Below, piece after piece: positions 33,850 to 42,629 of a stretch of 64,000 bases of DNA. The stretch is from Patescibacteria group bacterium. Lineage in GTDB: Bacteria > Patescibacteriota > Patescibacteriia > GWA2-46-9. The stretch's first letter is position 1, and every line of letters begins with the position of its first letter. The notes beneath the pieces were generated by a model. That model was given only the letters and a program-made list of their open reading frames with translations, searched no databases and was not told the DNA's origin. A program made the position numbers and the translations under genes. Location of the stretch: NCBI GenBank assembly GCA_041660005.1, contig JBAZXG010000004.1:5720-69719 (forward strand). Direction: 5' to 3'.

Positions 33850-34416
33850 TCAGCCCCCGCCAAGCGTGAGCAACGCGAATTCGAACGCATCCGAAATCGC
33901 AATCCAACTGCCAGCTGTTACGCTCTTGCTCATAGCCGCAGTTGCCCAGACGAGCTCTCCGAGTTCCCACTCAACATGAACCCGAACGGGTGAATCAGCA
34001 CCCGACGACCCATTTGCTGGCTTGACCGTGTAATCGGTCAGTGTGAGCTGTTCAAGTCCTGGGTAGGTACCCTTGAGGGCACGCCGTGCCGCCATGTCGA
34101 GGGCACACACAGGGCCGTTTCCCGGAGCAGCGACGTGCAACGGCTCGGCGACACCACGAATCCTAATATTGAGGGTTGCCTCTGCCTGACTGTGACCCTC
34201 TGAATCGCCGATCTCGTAGATTCGATACCGATCAGCAACGAAGGGCAATTCGTAACCCGGTGTTGATTGCAAGAGCCGCATGCCAAGAGAGACGACCTCA
34301 CGCACCTCGTAGCCGCCACTTCCGCCAAGAATCTCGGCGACAAATTCAGCGGTCCCACCGGACAGGTCAAGCCCTAACCGTCGGAAATGCCCAAGAGTCA
34401 CGTTTGTCTTCCTCAT
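33850..34416 (-). CDS. Stand-alone CimA/LeuA allosteric (LeuA_dimer-like) domain protein
   Basis: AEAT, GNGPVCALD.A.R.AL...YP.L....LTDY.V, VRV, W, SW.AI.DAFEF pattern of the citramalate synthase C-terminus; SD GGAGG before ATG 34416. Confidence 0.8.
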   Translation of the reverse strand: MRKTNVTLGHFRRLGLDLSGGTAEFVAEILGGSGGYEVREVVSLGMRLLQSTPGYELPFVADRYRIYEIGDSEGHSQAEATLNIRIRGVAEPLHVAAPGNGPVCALDMAARRALKGTYPGLEQLTLTDYTVKPANGSSGADSPVRVHVEWELGELVWATAAMSKSVTAGSWIAISDAFEFALLTLGGG

Positions 34417-34502
34417 CTTATCCTCCGCAAATTGCGTTCTTCGGTTGTAACGAACGGGGAAGTGAATCCCCTCCTCACTTCCCGCATCCATTTCTCGATG
34501 GA

Positions 34503-34534
34503 TACAAAACGCCAGCCCGGTGAAGGGCTGGCGC
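34503..34534 (-). terminator. Attenuator terminator of ile leader
   Basis: GCGCCAGCCC-TTCACC-GGGCTGGCGT then TTTG. Confidence 0.8.
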
Positions 34535-34556
34535 TGGAATTCAAGTTAATCTTTAA

Positions 34557-34634
34557 CTACAGCGTAAACCTTCCACCCCACAAGGGCTGGCTAATAATAA
34601 TGCTAATAATCTGGGCAAAAATCACTCTCTTCAT
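34557..34634 (-). CDS. Ile-rich attenuator leader peptide MKRVIFAQIISIIISQPLWGGRFTL
   Basis: 6 Ile, all ATT, five of them in IISIII; GGTGGAAGG can pair with CCTTCACC of the terminator. Confidence 0.85.
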   Translation of the reverse strand: MKRVIFAQIISIIISQPLWGGRFTL

Positions 34635-34647
34635 ATCTGTTAGGGCT

Positions 34648-34675
34648 ATGTTACCACGACTAAATGAGGTGTCAA
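34648..34675 (-). promoter_or_regulatory. Sigma70-type promoter of ile leader
   Basis: TTGACA-16 nt-TAACAT with TGn extension. Confidence 0.65.
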
Positions 34676-34679
34676 TAAC

Positions 34680-37600
34680 TTAGTTCGTTGACCCGCCGGG
34701 TGCAAAGAGGACGGGTTCTAGGCCAGTCACCGGAGCGCCATCGGGGTACGCAAACTGCATTTCACTAATACCCCGCACAAAGTACTCCAACTGAAACTGG
34801 TTCTCTCGCATTCCACGGTCAGTTATCAGTCGGCGTTGTCCGTTCATCATTACATAGCGAAGGTGTGATCCGGCATAATTAAACACAGTGCCGTCCGGAT
34901 GCGGCGAAGACATCGTTAATGGTTCTCCTACGGTGTACTGCACCATAACGTCATCTGGAAGCGTGACAATGCGATCTCTCCAATTGGTGCCATACAACCT
35001 CTCCCCCACATCGTCAGTTTCAATCCAATGCAATACTCCACCGGGCGAAACAGCATAGACGTGTGGATCAGTTTCTATTTTTACCAAACGAGTTCCCGGA
35101 CGAACATGCGTTATGCCACTCAAAGGGTAGTAACTTAACTCCTCATCAGTTATGGCAATGACCTTTGGGTCTCTTTTGTACCAGCTACGGAACGTAACAC
35201 CATCTTCGAGGAAAGCATAGCGTTTACCATCATACCCAACAAAATACAGAGTATCGGGCCACACAGCTTTCACTACATCACCAGGGGCGGCTCGCCAGTG
35301 CGTCGGTTCGGCGCCAAGATAACGACCAGATCTTTCGTTGTCGCGATGAAACGTAGGCCATGGACTAAGAGTATTCCCGTCTGTGGTTCCATCGAGCTCC
35401 CAAACATAAATTGAACTACGATACTTGCTGTTCCTGGTCGACATCTCCGAATCCCAATCAGAACTTGCCACAATCTCAACCTTACCGTCGTTATCGATAT
35501 CAGCAACGGTTGCCGGTGCCTGTGCGTCCTGTTCAGTAATCTTAGGAAAGCCAGGTAAAACAATTCCAGCTGCGTCCCAAGCGTAAACACCGCCACCAAC
35601 CGATATGCCGCCGGCTGTTGTCAGTACATCTACTTTGTCGTCTGCGTCTACATCACTAATAATCGTAGAGTAATAATCATTCCACCCTGTCTGCTTTGGC
35701 CAACCAGGCATAAACGTGCCATCACTCTCAAAAGCTGCCGTTTCAAGGCCAAGACTACTGCCAACAACCTCTAAGTCCCCATCGTTGTCTAGATCGGCGA
35801 GTGAAGGTGATGACCAGAAATTATAACCCTTTCGTGCCGGCCAGCCCGGTAACATGTTTCCGCCTCGGTCAAAAACCGCCAGCCCGCCATAATTATAATC
35901 GGGCCATATCTCAGAGGCGTACTGCAAACCAACAACAATATCTTCGCGTCCGTCTTTGTCTAGGTCTCCAATAGCAGGAGATGAAAAAATTATACCCTGC
36001 GTGATAACGGGCCAACCATCTACCAAAGAACCATCCATATTGAACACTAAAATCTCACCATCGTTATTCCATCCTACAAATTTACCATCCTCAACGATTC
36101 CTCCTGCTTTTTCCGAAGGACGCACAATGACAATTTCAAGATCTTCGTCGTCGTCAAAATTACCTACCGCCGGCGTCGATTCATGATCGGCTCCCCAAGA
36201 ATTCTTTGAAAGTTGCCAGTCCGAGTACACAGTACCGTCGCTTCGCAGCACGGTAACATAATCTTCCCATGAACGAGAATGAATAATTATTTCGTACCGA
36301 CCATCTCGGTCAAGATCGGCCGCGGCAATGGTCGAACTGTAAGACGAAGGAATGACCCGAGGCCATCCCGCCAACATCTTACCCCTCGCATCAAAGCCGT
36401 AAATGTTAGAACCACTACCATCGTCAAACTGGTTGGTAACAAATATTTCTTTTTTCCCGTCGCCGTCGACATCGATTACTAATGGAATGTGCAGGTTGCC
36501 GCCAGTGGCAGCCCCGGTTCCGACATCGCTTACCCATAGTTGTTTCCCGCTGTCTGAAAAAGCGTACAACTTGGGAGGTTTACCGCCAACGTACGCGATA
36601 ATTTCCTTTTTTCCTTTGCCGTTGATATCACTAACGACTGGTGTAGCGTAACCGCCCCAAATTTTGCAGCCCGGTCCTGGTGCTGGGAACCAGTCATCAG
36701 CACAATCTTCAAAAGGTAACCTAACCGGCCAACCCTCCTTGAGAGTTGAGTCTAAGTAGACATGAACAGTAGACTGTTCGATTGTTGATCCGTACGTTAC
36801 GGTAACGTTTAAACTATACCAACCAGTAGAGAGCCCTCTGGTATCCCAGGCCTTAAGCGAACGAATTTTTGTCCAGCTGGTTGGCTGGTACCCTGACCCG
36901 TATTCAATACTCGTAACTTTTGCTCTGAGACCAGCTACCGCACGTATGTCTACCGGAACAACATCTCCCGCTCGTATAACATCTGAATCCAAGGGCGAAA
37001 CAAAAGTGACATTTTTAACAGAGACGTAGCCGTAATCTACGGCGCGCTCTATTACTTCTTGCCCGTCATATTTCTTCGCAACCACCCTAACCACGTAATC
37101 ACCACTAGACATTTTAAATGTGTCCAAAGGCCACACGATGTGCTCAAACCCTCCGCCATAGTTCTGGTGGAAAAGTTCTACCCAAGCATCTTCACTCGCA
37201 CTACTAGCGAGAGGTGCGTAGCTAAGAAATATCTGCCCACCACCAACGCTCTGAACAGTATAATCAATGTTTCGTATCTGACCCTCGCTCAAGATAGGTT
37301 GAATATTAACAATGGTTGGATGGTTTGGAATAGCCGCCGCCTTCAATACATCAATGCGACCACTTCCTTGCTCAATCGCAGTAACACCCAGGTTAGAAGC
37401 CGTATTTTTGAAAGCCGCTTTTATTTCCCGTGCACTCCAATCCGGATGCAATTGTTTTAAAAGTGCCGCCGCCCCAGCGACATGCGGGGTAGCCATTGAG
37501 GTGCCGGAGATCGCAATGTGTTCGCTGTCTAAACAGAGAGACCCATTAGCGTAATTGTCGTGCTGAGCAGCGCAAATACCAACCCCCGGAGCTGTTATAT

Positions 37601-38963
37601 CCGGCTTTACAAATGTTTGCTTATTATAACTGACTGGACCGCGCGAGCTGAAGTAAGCCAACTCTTCTTTCCCGTTAGAATCCAAAACCTTAGTACTAGC
37701 TCCAACTGTTATAACTTCCCTCGCCATACCAGGACTCCCGACCGATCCACTTGACGGCCCGGAATTGCCGGCCGCTACCGCAACCACAGTGCCTGCCAAC
37801 ATAGCGTTGTTTACAGCGGTTGATATGGGATCATCCGGGCTTCCCCAACCGCCGAGACTTAAGTTAATGACGTCAACTGCGTCTGAAGGGTCACCATCGC
37901 CATTTGGATCCATAGCCCGCTCTACCCCCTCAATGACGGCCGTCGTCGATCCTGACCCGGATTCATTTAAAACTTTATAAGCATAAATTGTAGCGTCAGG
38001 TGCCACACCTTTGAGTACACCGTTACCGGCGGCAGTAGCGGCCACATGCGTCCCATGCCCATGGTCGTCCATTGGATCGCTGTCGTTATTGATGACATCA
38101 TACCCACCGGCGACTTTACAGTTCGAACCTACGGCATTGCACCCGCCCAAGTCAGGATGCGTATAGTCAACACCGGTATCGACAATGGCAATTGTTACCC
38201 CCTGACCAGTAACAGCAGCACCACTGCTGTCAGTTTTTTCCCATAATGTATCTGCCTCAATCAAAGGAACTGAATCTGACAAATTAATTTGCGTAATATA
38301 ATTTGGCCAAAGCGTATACCCCGACCGTCTGATGTCGGCTGCCTCCTTGTCAGTGATATTTAGTTCAACACCATTAAAAACATTTGCAAACTGCCTACCG
38401 ACCGCAAGCGAAGGCAGCGAACGCTTGAGGTTCAAGAGTGCGACTTGCTGCTCGTTATTAATAACCGCTTTTCTATTAGCAAACCTTTGTTTGCTTAATT
38501 TACTTTGTTCGACTAACTGTTTTTCTAAATTTTTTATCGCCTTTGTACTTTTAGTTTGGCGAAGCTGCGTTGTAATGCCTCTCCGCTCTTCATCAATTTC
38601 TGTTTTTAACTGAGCGAGAGGTTCAGTATGAAGTTCTAAAATGTACCCGTTATATTTCCCCTGAGAAAACGACTGCATTGCTGATGAGGGTAACCCTGAA
38701 GTGGAGGCACCACCGGCCATGCCTGTGTATATTGAGGGATTTCCTTGTGTGCTATGTAAAATCTGAGGAAACAATACACCACTGTTCTGCGTCTTTTCTG
38801 CACTATTTCTAACACCCAGAGTGGTAGGCGTCGCTGAGTAATCAATTTTTGCACTAGCGCCTACTGGTGCGACGACTGATACGAGCATTGAAGCGACAAC
38901 GACGACATGGAGCGACTTCGACCAGACTTTTATCAGGCGAGAAAACCGACTCAATGGGGTCAT
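34680..38963 (-). CDS. Large secreted S8 subtilase with FG-GAP/VCBS repeats and C-terminal surface repeats
   Basis: Signal-like N-terminus; triad AIVDTG, HGTHVA, GTSMATPHVAG; repeated DxDxDG and GWP. Confidence 0.9.
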   Translation of the reverse strand: MTPLSRFSRLIKVWSKSLHVVVVASMLVSVVAPVGASAKIDYSATPTTLGVRNSAEKTQNSGVLFPQILHSTQGNPSIYTGMAGGASTSGLPSSAMQSFSQGKYNGYILELHTEPLAQLKTEIDEERRGITTQLRQTKSTKAIKNLEKQLVEQSKLSKQRFANRKAVINNEQQVALLNLKRSLPSLAVGRQFANVFNGVELNITDKEAADIRRSGYTLWPNYITQINLSDSVPLIEADTLWEKTDSSGAAVTGQGVTIAIVDTGVDYTHPDLGGCNAVGSNCKVAGGYDVINNDSDPMDDHGHGTHVAATAAGNGVLKGVAPDATIYAYKVLNESGSGSTTAVIEGVERAMDPNGDGDPSDAVDVINLSLGGWGSPDDPISTAVNNAMLAGTVVAVAAGNSGPSSGSVGSPGMAREVITVGASTKVLDSNGKEELAYFSSRGPVSYNKQTFVKPDITAPGVGICAAQHDNYANGSLCLDSEHIAISGTSMATPHVAGAAALLKQLHPDWSAREIKAAFKNTASNLGVTAIEQGSGRIDVLKAAAIPNHPTIVNIQPILSEGQIRNIDYTVQSVGGGQIFLSYAPLASSASEDAWVELFHQNYGGGFEHIVWPLDTFKMSSGDYVVRVVAKKYDGQEVIERAVDYGYVSVKNVTFVSPLDSDVIRAGDVVPVDIRAVAGLRAKVTSIEYGSGYQPTSWTKIRSLKAWDTRGLSTGWYSLNVTVTYGSTIEQSTVHVYLDSTLKEGWPVRLPFEDCADDWFPAPGPGCKIWGGYATPVVSDINGKGKKEIIAYVGGKPPKLYAFSDSGKQLWVSDVGTGAATGGNLHIPLVIDVDGDGKKEIFVTNQFDDGSGSNIYGFDARGKMLAGWPRVIPSSYSSTIAAADLDRDGRYEIIIHSRSWEDYVTVLRSDGTVYSDWQLSKNSWGADHESTPAVGNFDDDEDLEIVIVRPSEKAGGIVEDGKFVGWNNDGEILVFNMDGSLVDGWPVITQGIIFSSPAIGDLDKDGREDIVVGLQYASEIWPDYNYGGLAVFDRGGNMLPGWPARKGYNFWSSPSLADLDNDGDLEVVGSSLGLETAAFESDGTFMPGWPKQTGWNDYYSTIISDVDADDKVDVLTTAGGISVGGGVYAWDAAGIVLPGFPKITEQDAQAPATVADIDNDGKVEIVASSDWDSEMSTRNSKYRSSIYVWELDGTTDGNTLSPWPTFHRDNERSGRYLGAEPTHWRAAPGDVVKAVWPDTLYFVGYDGKRYAFLEDGVTFRSWYKRDPKVIAITDEELSYYPLSGITHVRPGTRLVKIETDPHVYAVSPGGVLHWIETDDVGERLYGTNWRDRIVTLPDDVMVQYTVGEPLTMSSPHPDGTVFNYAGSHLRYVMMNGQRRLITDRGMRENQFQLEYFVRGISEMQFAYPDGAPVTGLEPVLFAPGGSTN

Positions 38964-39220
38964 AGTGTTCAAAAAAATTAGAGAAAACCCTTTTAGAAGG
39001 GTTGAATATCTTAGCAAAAATTAGCTTTTTGTCAAGGCGACTGCGGGGACCCACTATAAAATGACCAAAAAGCGAAGGTATCATTTTTTTATACCAACGC
39101 AGGCAGCGACGACGCAAAAAGATATAAATGGTATTAACCCCAGGGCTAAGCCCTGGATTTCTCAATTCGCCCGTGGGCGAAGTGAGAAAGGGAGCGCGAC
39201 AGAGCTACGCAAGTATCAAA

Positions 39221-39256
39221 TTACACCATTTTGTGCGTACGCACAAAATGGTGTAA
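39221..39256. repeat. Perfect 36-bp palindrome without spacer
   Basis: TTACACCATTTTGTGCGT/ACGCACAAAATGGTGTAA. Confidence 0.9.
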
Positions 39257-39374
39257 AAATCATAATAAGTGATATTAAACCCTTTGACTCTAACGTCGCT
39301 CGGAAATGCAAATTGCAGTTTGTACTTTGCTCGAATATCCAGCAATAAATGTAGTCCGTCAGTTTTACGGCGCC

Positions 39375-41183
39375 TTAATTATGACGAGTTTTGATTTGTT
39401 CTTTCATCCGGTGAACAAAATCACCAAGCGTAATTACCAGTAATTCCTTTTCGCCTCGTAAACGAACTGCCAGCATAGTATTGTCTGACCATGAACCATT
39501 TTCCGGAATCTCTTTGTCGCCAATGACAAGAGCATAGGGTAACTTTTCCCCCGCAGCTTTGCGAATTTTATTACCAACCGTATCTCCGGTCTCGTCCACG
39601 CTTACGCGTACTCCTTTTGCTTCAAGGTCGCGAGCAAGATTTCGCGCTGCGACAAGATGGCTCTCCCCAACAGGAACAATGCCGACCTGCACTGGTGAGA
39701 GCCAAACGGGAAACGCGCCAGCAAAGTGTTCAATGATGATACCGATGAAGCGTTCCATTGAACCGTAGATGACTCGATGAATGGCGACAGGTATCTGTTT
39801 CTTACCTTCTGCGTCAGTATAGTGAAGATTAAAACGGCGCGGCTGTTGAAAGTCTAATTGAATTGTTCCCATTTGCCACTCTCTTCCAAGAATATCTCGC
39901 ATGAGAATATCAATCTTCGGACCATAGAATGCACCGTCCCCCTCAAGAACAATGAACGACTTACCACTATCAACCAATATCTTCTTAAGAGCTGCCTCAG
40001 CTTGATCCCAGGTTGCGACGTCGCCCATAAACTTTTCAGGACGGGTGCCCAGTCGGTATGAATATTCAAGACCAAATATTGAGTAAAAACGATCAACAAT
40101 GCTCATCACTTCGGCAAATTCTGCAGCAATCATGTCTTCTGATACAAAAATATGCGCGTCATCCTGTCGAAATTCACGCACGCGCAATAAACCATTCAGC
40201 GTGCCAGAAAGTTCATTACGATGCAAAGTGTCCGTGTCAGACAGACGGAGAGGCAAGTCGCGATAGCTATGCCCACGCGAACCAAAGACCACCATAGCAT
40301 TCGGACAATTCATGGCCTTAACACCGTATTCTTCACCTTCATCAGTTTTAGCAACAAACATATCACTCCAGTAGTGCTCGTAGTGCCCAGAGATTTCGTA
40401 AAGCTCTCGCTTGTTCAGCATTGGCGAAACGATTTCTTGATATCCGCGCCGACGATGCTCTTCTCTCCAAAACTGAACCAGCTCATTATAGACAATCACT
40501 CCTTTCGGTAACCAGTACGGCATGCCGGGAGCTGTTTCGTGAAACATGAAGAGATCAAGTTCTTGACCTAATTTTCGATGATCCCGCTTTTTTGCCTCTT
40601 CGACCATCGTCAAATACTGAGATAACTCTCGCGCAGTCAGGAATGCCACACCGTACACACGCTGCAGCATCTTATTCTTCTCGCTCCCCCGCCAATAAGC
40701 GCCGGCTAGTTTCGTCAGGGTAAAAGCGCCAATGTCGTGAGTCGTTTTAACGTGCGGCCCTCTGCAAAGGTCAACGAACTTTCCGGTTTCGTAAACCGAG
40801 GTGATTTCTTTAGCGCTCGGATCAATATCGAACACAGCGTCCGGGTCAACTTTGGTCGTGCCTTTGTCTCGGAGCGCCTCAAGTAATTCAACTTTATATG
40901 GCTGATTCCGTTCACCAAAAAATGCAATGGCCTCGGCAATCGACATTTCTTTGCGAATGTATGCTTCTCCCCTTTTCTGAATTTCCCGCATTGTCGCTTC
41001 TATTTTTGGAAAGTCTTCAAACGAAAGCGAGACCGGCAAATCAACATCATAATAAAATCCATTCTCAACAACGGGGCCAACGCCAAACTTTGCCTCCGGA
41101 TAAAGTTCCTGGAGAGCTGCCGCAAGTAAATGCGCGGTGGAGTGTCGCATAGTGTCTACTGCCGATAATTCTTGTTTAGACAT
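39375..41183 (-). CDS. thrS: Threonyl-tRNA synthetase (no N-terminal TGS domain)
   Basis: RHSTAH, DLCRGPH, RDHRKLG, MNCP, AFYGPK, IHR. Confidence 0.97.
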   Translation of the reverse strand: MSKQELSAVDTMRHSTAHLLAAALQELYPEAKFGVGPVVENGFYYDVDLPVSLSFEDFPKIEATMREIQKRGEAYIRKEMSIAEAIAFFGERNQPYKVELLEALRDKGTTKVDPDAVFDIDPSAKEITSVYETGKFVDLCRGPHVKTTHDIGAFTLTKLAGAYWRGSEKNKMLQRVYGVAFLTARELSQYLTMVEEAKKRDHRKLGQELDLFMFHETAPGMPYWLPKGVIVYNELVQFWREEHRRRGYQEIVSPMLNKRELYEISGHYEHYWSDMFVAKTDEGEEYGVKAMNCPNAMVVFGSRGHSYRDLPLRLSDTDTLHRNELSGTLNGLLRVREFRQDDAHIFVSEDMIAAEFAEVMSIVDRFYSIFGLEYSYRLGTRPEKFMGDVATWDQAEAALKKILVDSGKSFIVLEGDGAFYGPKIDILMRDILGREWQMGTIQLDFQQPRRFNLHYTDAEGKKQIPVAIHRVIYGSMERFIGIIIEHFAGAFPVWLSPVQVGIVPVGESHLVAARNLARDLEAKGVRVSVDETGDTVGNKIRKAAGEKLPYALVIGDKEIPENGSWSDNTMLAVRLRGEKELLVITLGDFVHRMKEQIKTRHN

Positions 41184-41219
41184 ATATTTGTAATACGCCG
41201 TAAGCTTTACGCTATACGT

Positions 41220-41420
41220 AAAAATAAAAAACCCAAAACCAAATAATGGCCTTGGGGTCCTAACATCGTGTCAGGACGGTTCCACCCAAATTCCCTGCTG
41301 TAGGCACCCTAAGTAAAATCGAAGGGCTACCCCTAGCCAGGCACTCAATAATCTGTCTCTGGGCTTAGTCCTGATAAGGAACACCGAATTCGATGTACGG
41401 TCGTGGTAAGACCGTCAATT
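41220..41420 (-). ncRNA. T-box riboswitch (Thr) with ultrashort Stem I and terminator
   Basis: AATTTGGGTGGAACCG T-box; antiterminator helices TTGGG/CCCAA and GTCCTGACA/TGTTAGGAC; terminator 41232-41256; ACC in loop at 41407-41405. Confidence 0.88.
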
Positions 41421-41430
41421 ACCCAAGGAA

Positions 41431-41460
41431 ACTATACTTCCAAAGGAGAAAAAGCGTCAA
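41431..41460 (-). promoter_or_regulatory. Sigma70-type promoter of the thrS leader
   Basis: TTGACG-18 nt-TATAGT. Confidence 0.6.
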
Positions 41461-41461
41461 G

Positions 41462-42583
41462 TTATTCAAAACGAACCTGAATTTTGTTAGGTAACCGGGG
41501 TAAGTGCTTTTGCCAGTAGGGCGTCAGCTCGACATTTACGCTGTCAACACCTTCGAAGTTCATTAAAAACTGTTTCACCTCGTTCGGCGTAGCGCCAACA
41601 AAATTAATTGGAGAAAATACGGAACTGGTTGTATCAAGATTTGCTCCGACCTTCGCGCGTCCGCTCACTACAGCCGTTCTCGCCACGGGGTCATAATTAT
41701 CAATTGCATAGTGCCACTCGGTGTCGCTGACCGTCACGCCACTACCTGCTGTCTCTTTAACTCTTTCTTTCAATGCATTCTTACTAAATGCCGCTGCAAT
41801 AACTTTCACTTTCATGGAAACAGTAAGGGCTGCTGCCTTCTCCCCAACTTTACTCGAATCTGTCTCCTGAATGACTTGCGTTATAAAGTCGGCGTCGGTA
41901 AGGTCCCCGCTTGCCACTTGGGCAACATCAGCACTTTTCACGGCGTCAATGGCACGACTGAGTAAGGTTTGCTTTGCGTTCTCTAAATCCTGCTCACTAA
42001 CTGCCCGCACTGCCGCCCCACCTCGAGCCATGGCGCTATTTGACGTCGCATAAATCGAATTCTGTAAACTTGCAGAAAGACCGGGTATAGTAAAGCGGCT
42101 CGGACCAATGAGGAAGCTATCGTCAGTTCCATCTGCTTCTACAACTGCAGTCACTTCACCTTTGGCAGGAACTCGGACCGCCTGCTTTAACCGAAAAAGT
42201 ATGTTATCAGCTGTGAGCAAACGTGTAGTTTCAACAAGCGGCTGCGGCCTGTCGGTAGTGTTGGTAATAGTTACAACGCCACCGGCCTTCGCTGTTGCCT
42301 CAGTACCACCAGGCAGCAGAAAAGTGTCAGAAACGTCTTGTGTGGTTTCTAAAAAGGTAGCAGGTATGTTTTTACTGGGTATGTTTTGTCCAATGGTTTC
42401 TTCGGCTAATATGGCCTTGTAAACCACTTCTCGCTCGACCGCATGACGTCGAACAACCACAACCGCATGGGATAAAGTCGTATAAGCAATAAACAGCAAC
42501 AACAAAACCGTCAGCACGACGAAAGTGATGGCGATGTTTCTCAAAACTTTTGCTTTGTCCGGCATCAAATCAAATTCCCCCAT
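41462..42583 (-). CDS. Single-TM protein with baseplate-J-like extracellular domain
   Basis: TM helix then A.G.VTI.N, QPLVETTR, FTIPGL. Confidence 0.65.
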   Translation of the reverse strand: MGEFDLMPDKAKVLRNIAITFVVLTVLLLLFIAYTTLSHAVVVVRRHAVEREVVYKAILAEETIGQNIPSKNIPATFLETTQDVSDTFLLPGGTEATAKAGGVVTITNTTDRPQPLVETTRLLTADNILFRLKQAVRVPAKGEVTAVVEADGTDDSFLIGPSRFTIPGLSASLQNSIYATSNSAMARGGAAVRAVSEQDLENAKQTLLSRAIDAVKSADVAQVASGDLTDADFITQVIQETDSSKVGEKAAALTVSMKVKVIAAAFSKNALKERVKETAGSGVTVSDTEWHYAIDNYDPVARTAVVSGRAKVGANLDTTSSVFSPINFVGATPNEVKQFLMNFEGVDSVNVELTPYWQKHLPRLPNKIQVRFE

Positions 42584-42629
42584 ACAGAAGCATCATAGCA
42601 AATACACCGAAATTTAACTAGAACCCACC

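Noticed and set aside
34417-34491. Upstream ATG for the CimA-domain ORF
   Set aside because: No SD and it overlaps a UTR hairpin; ATG 34416 has GGAGG. Not fully excluded.
41462-42583. Baseplate-J-like gene as evidence of a prophage or injection system
   Set aside because: Membrane-anchored, isolated between core genes, no other phage genes.
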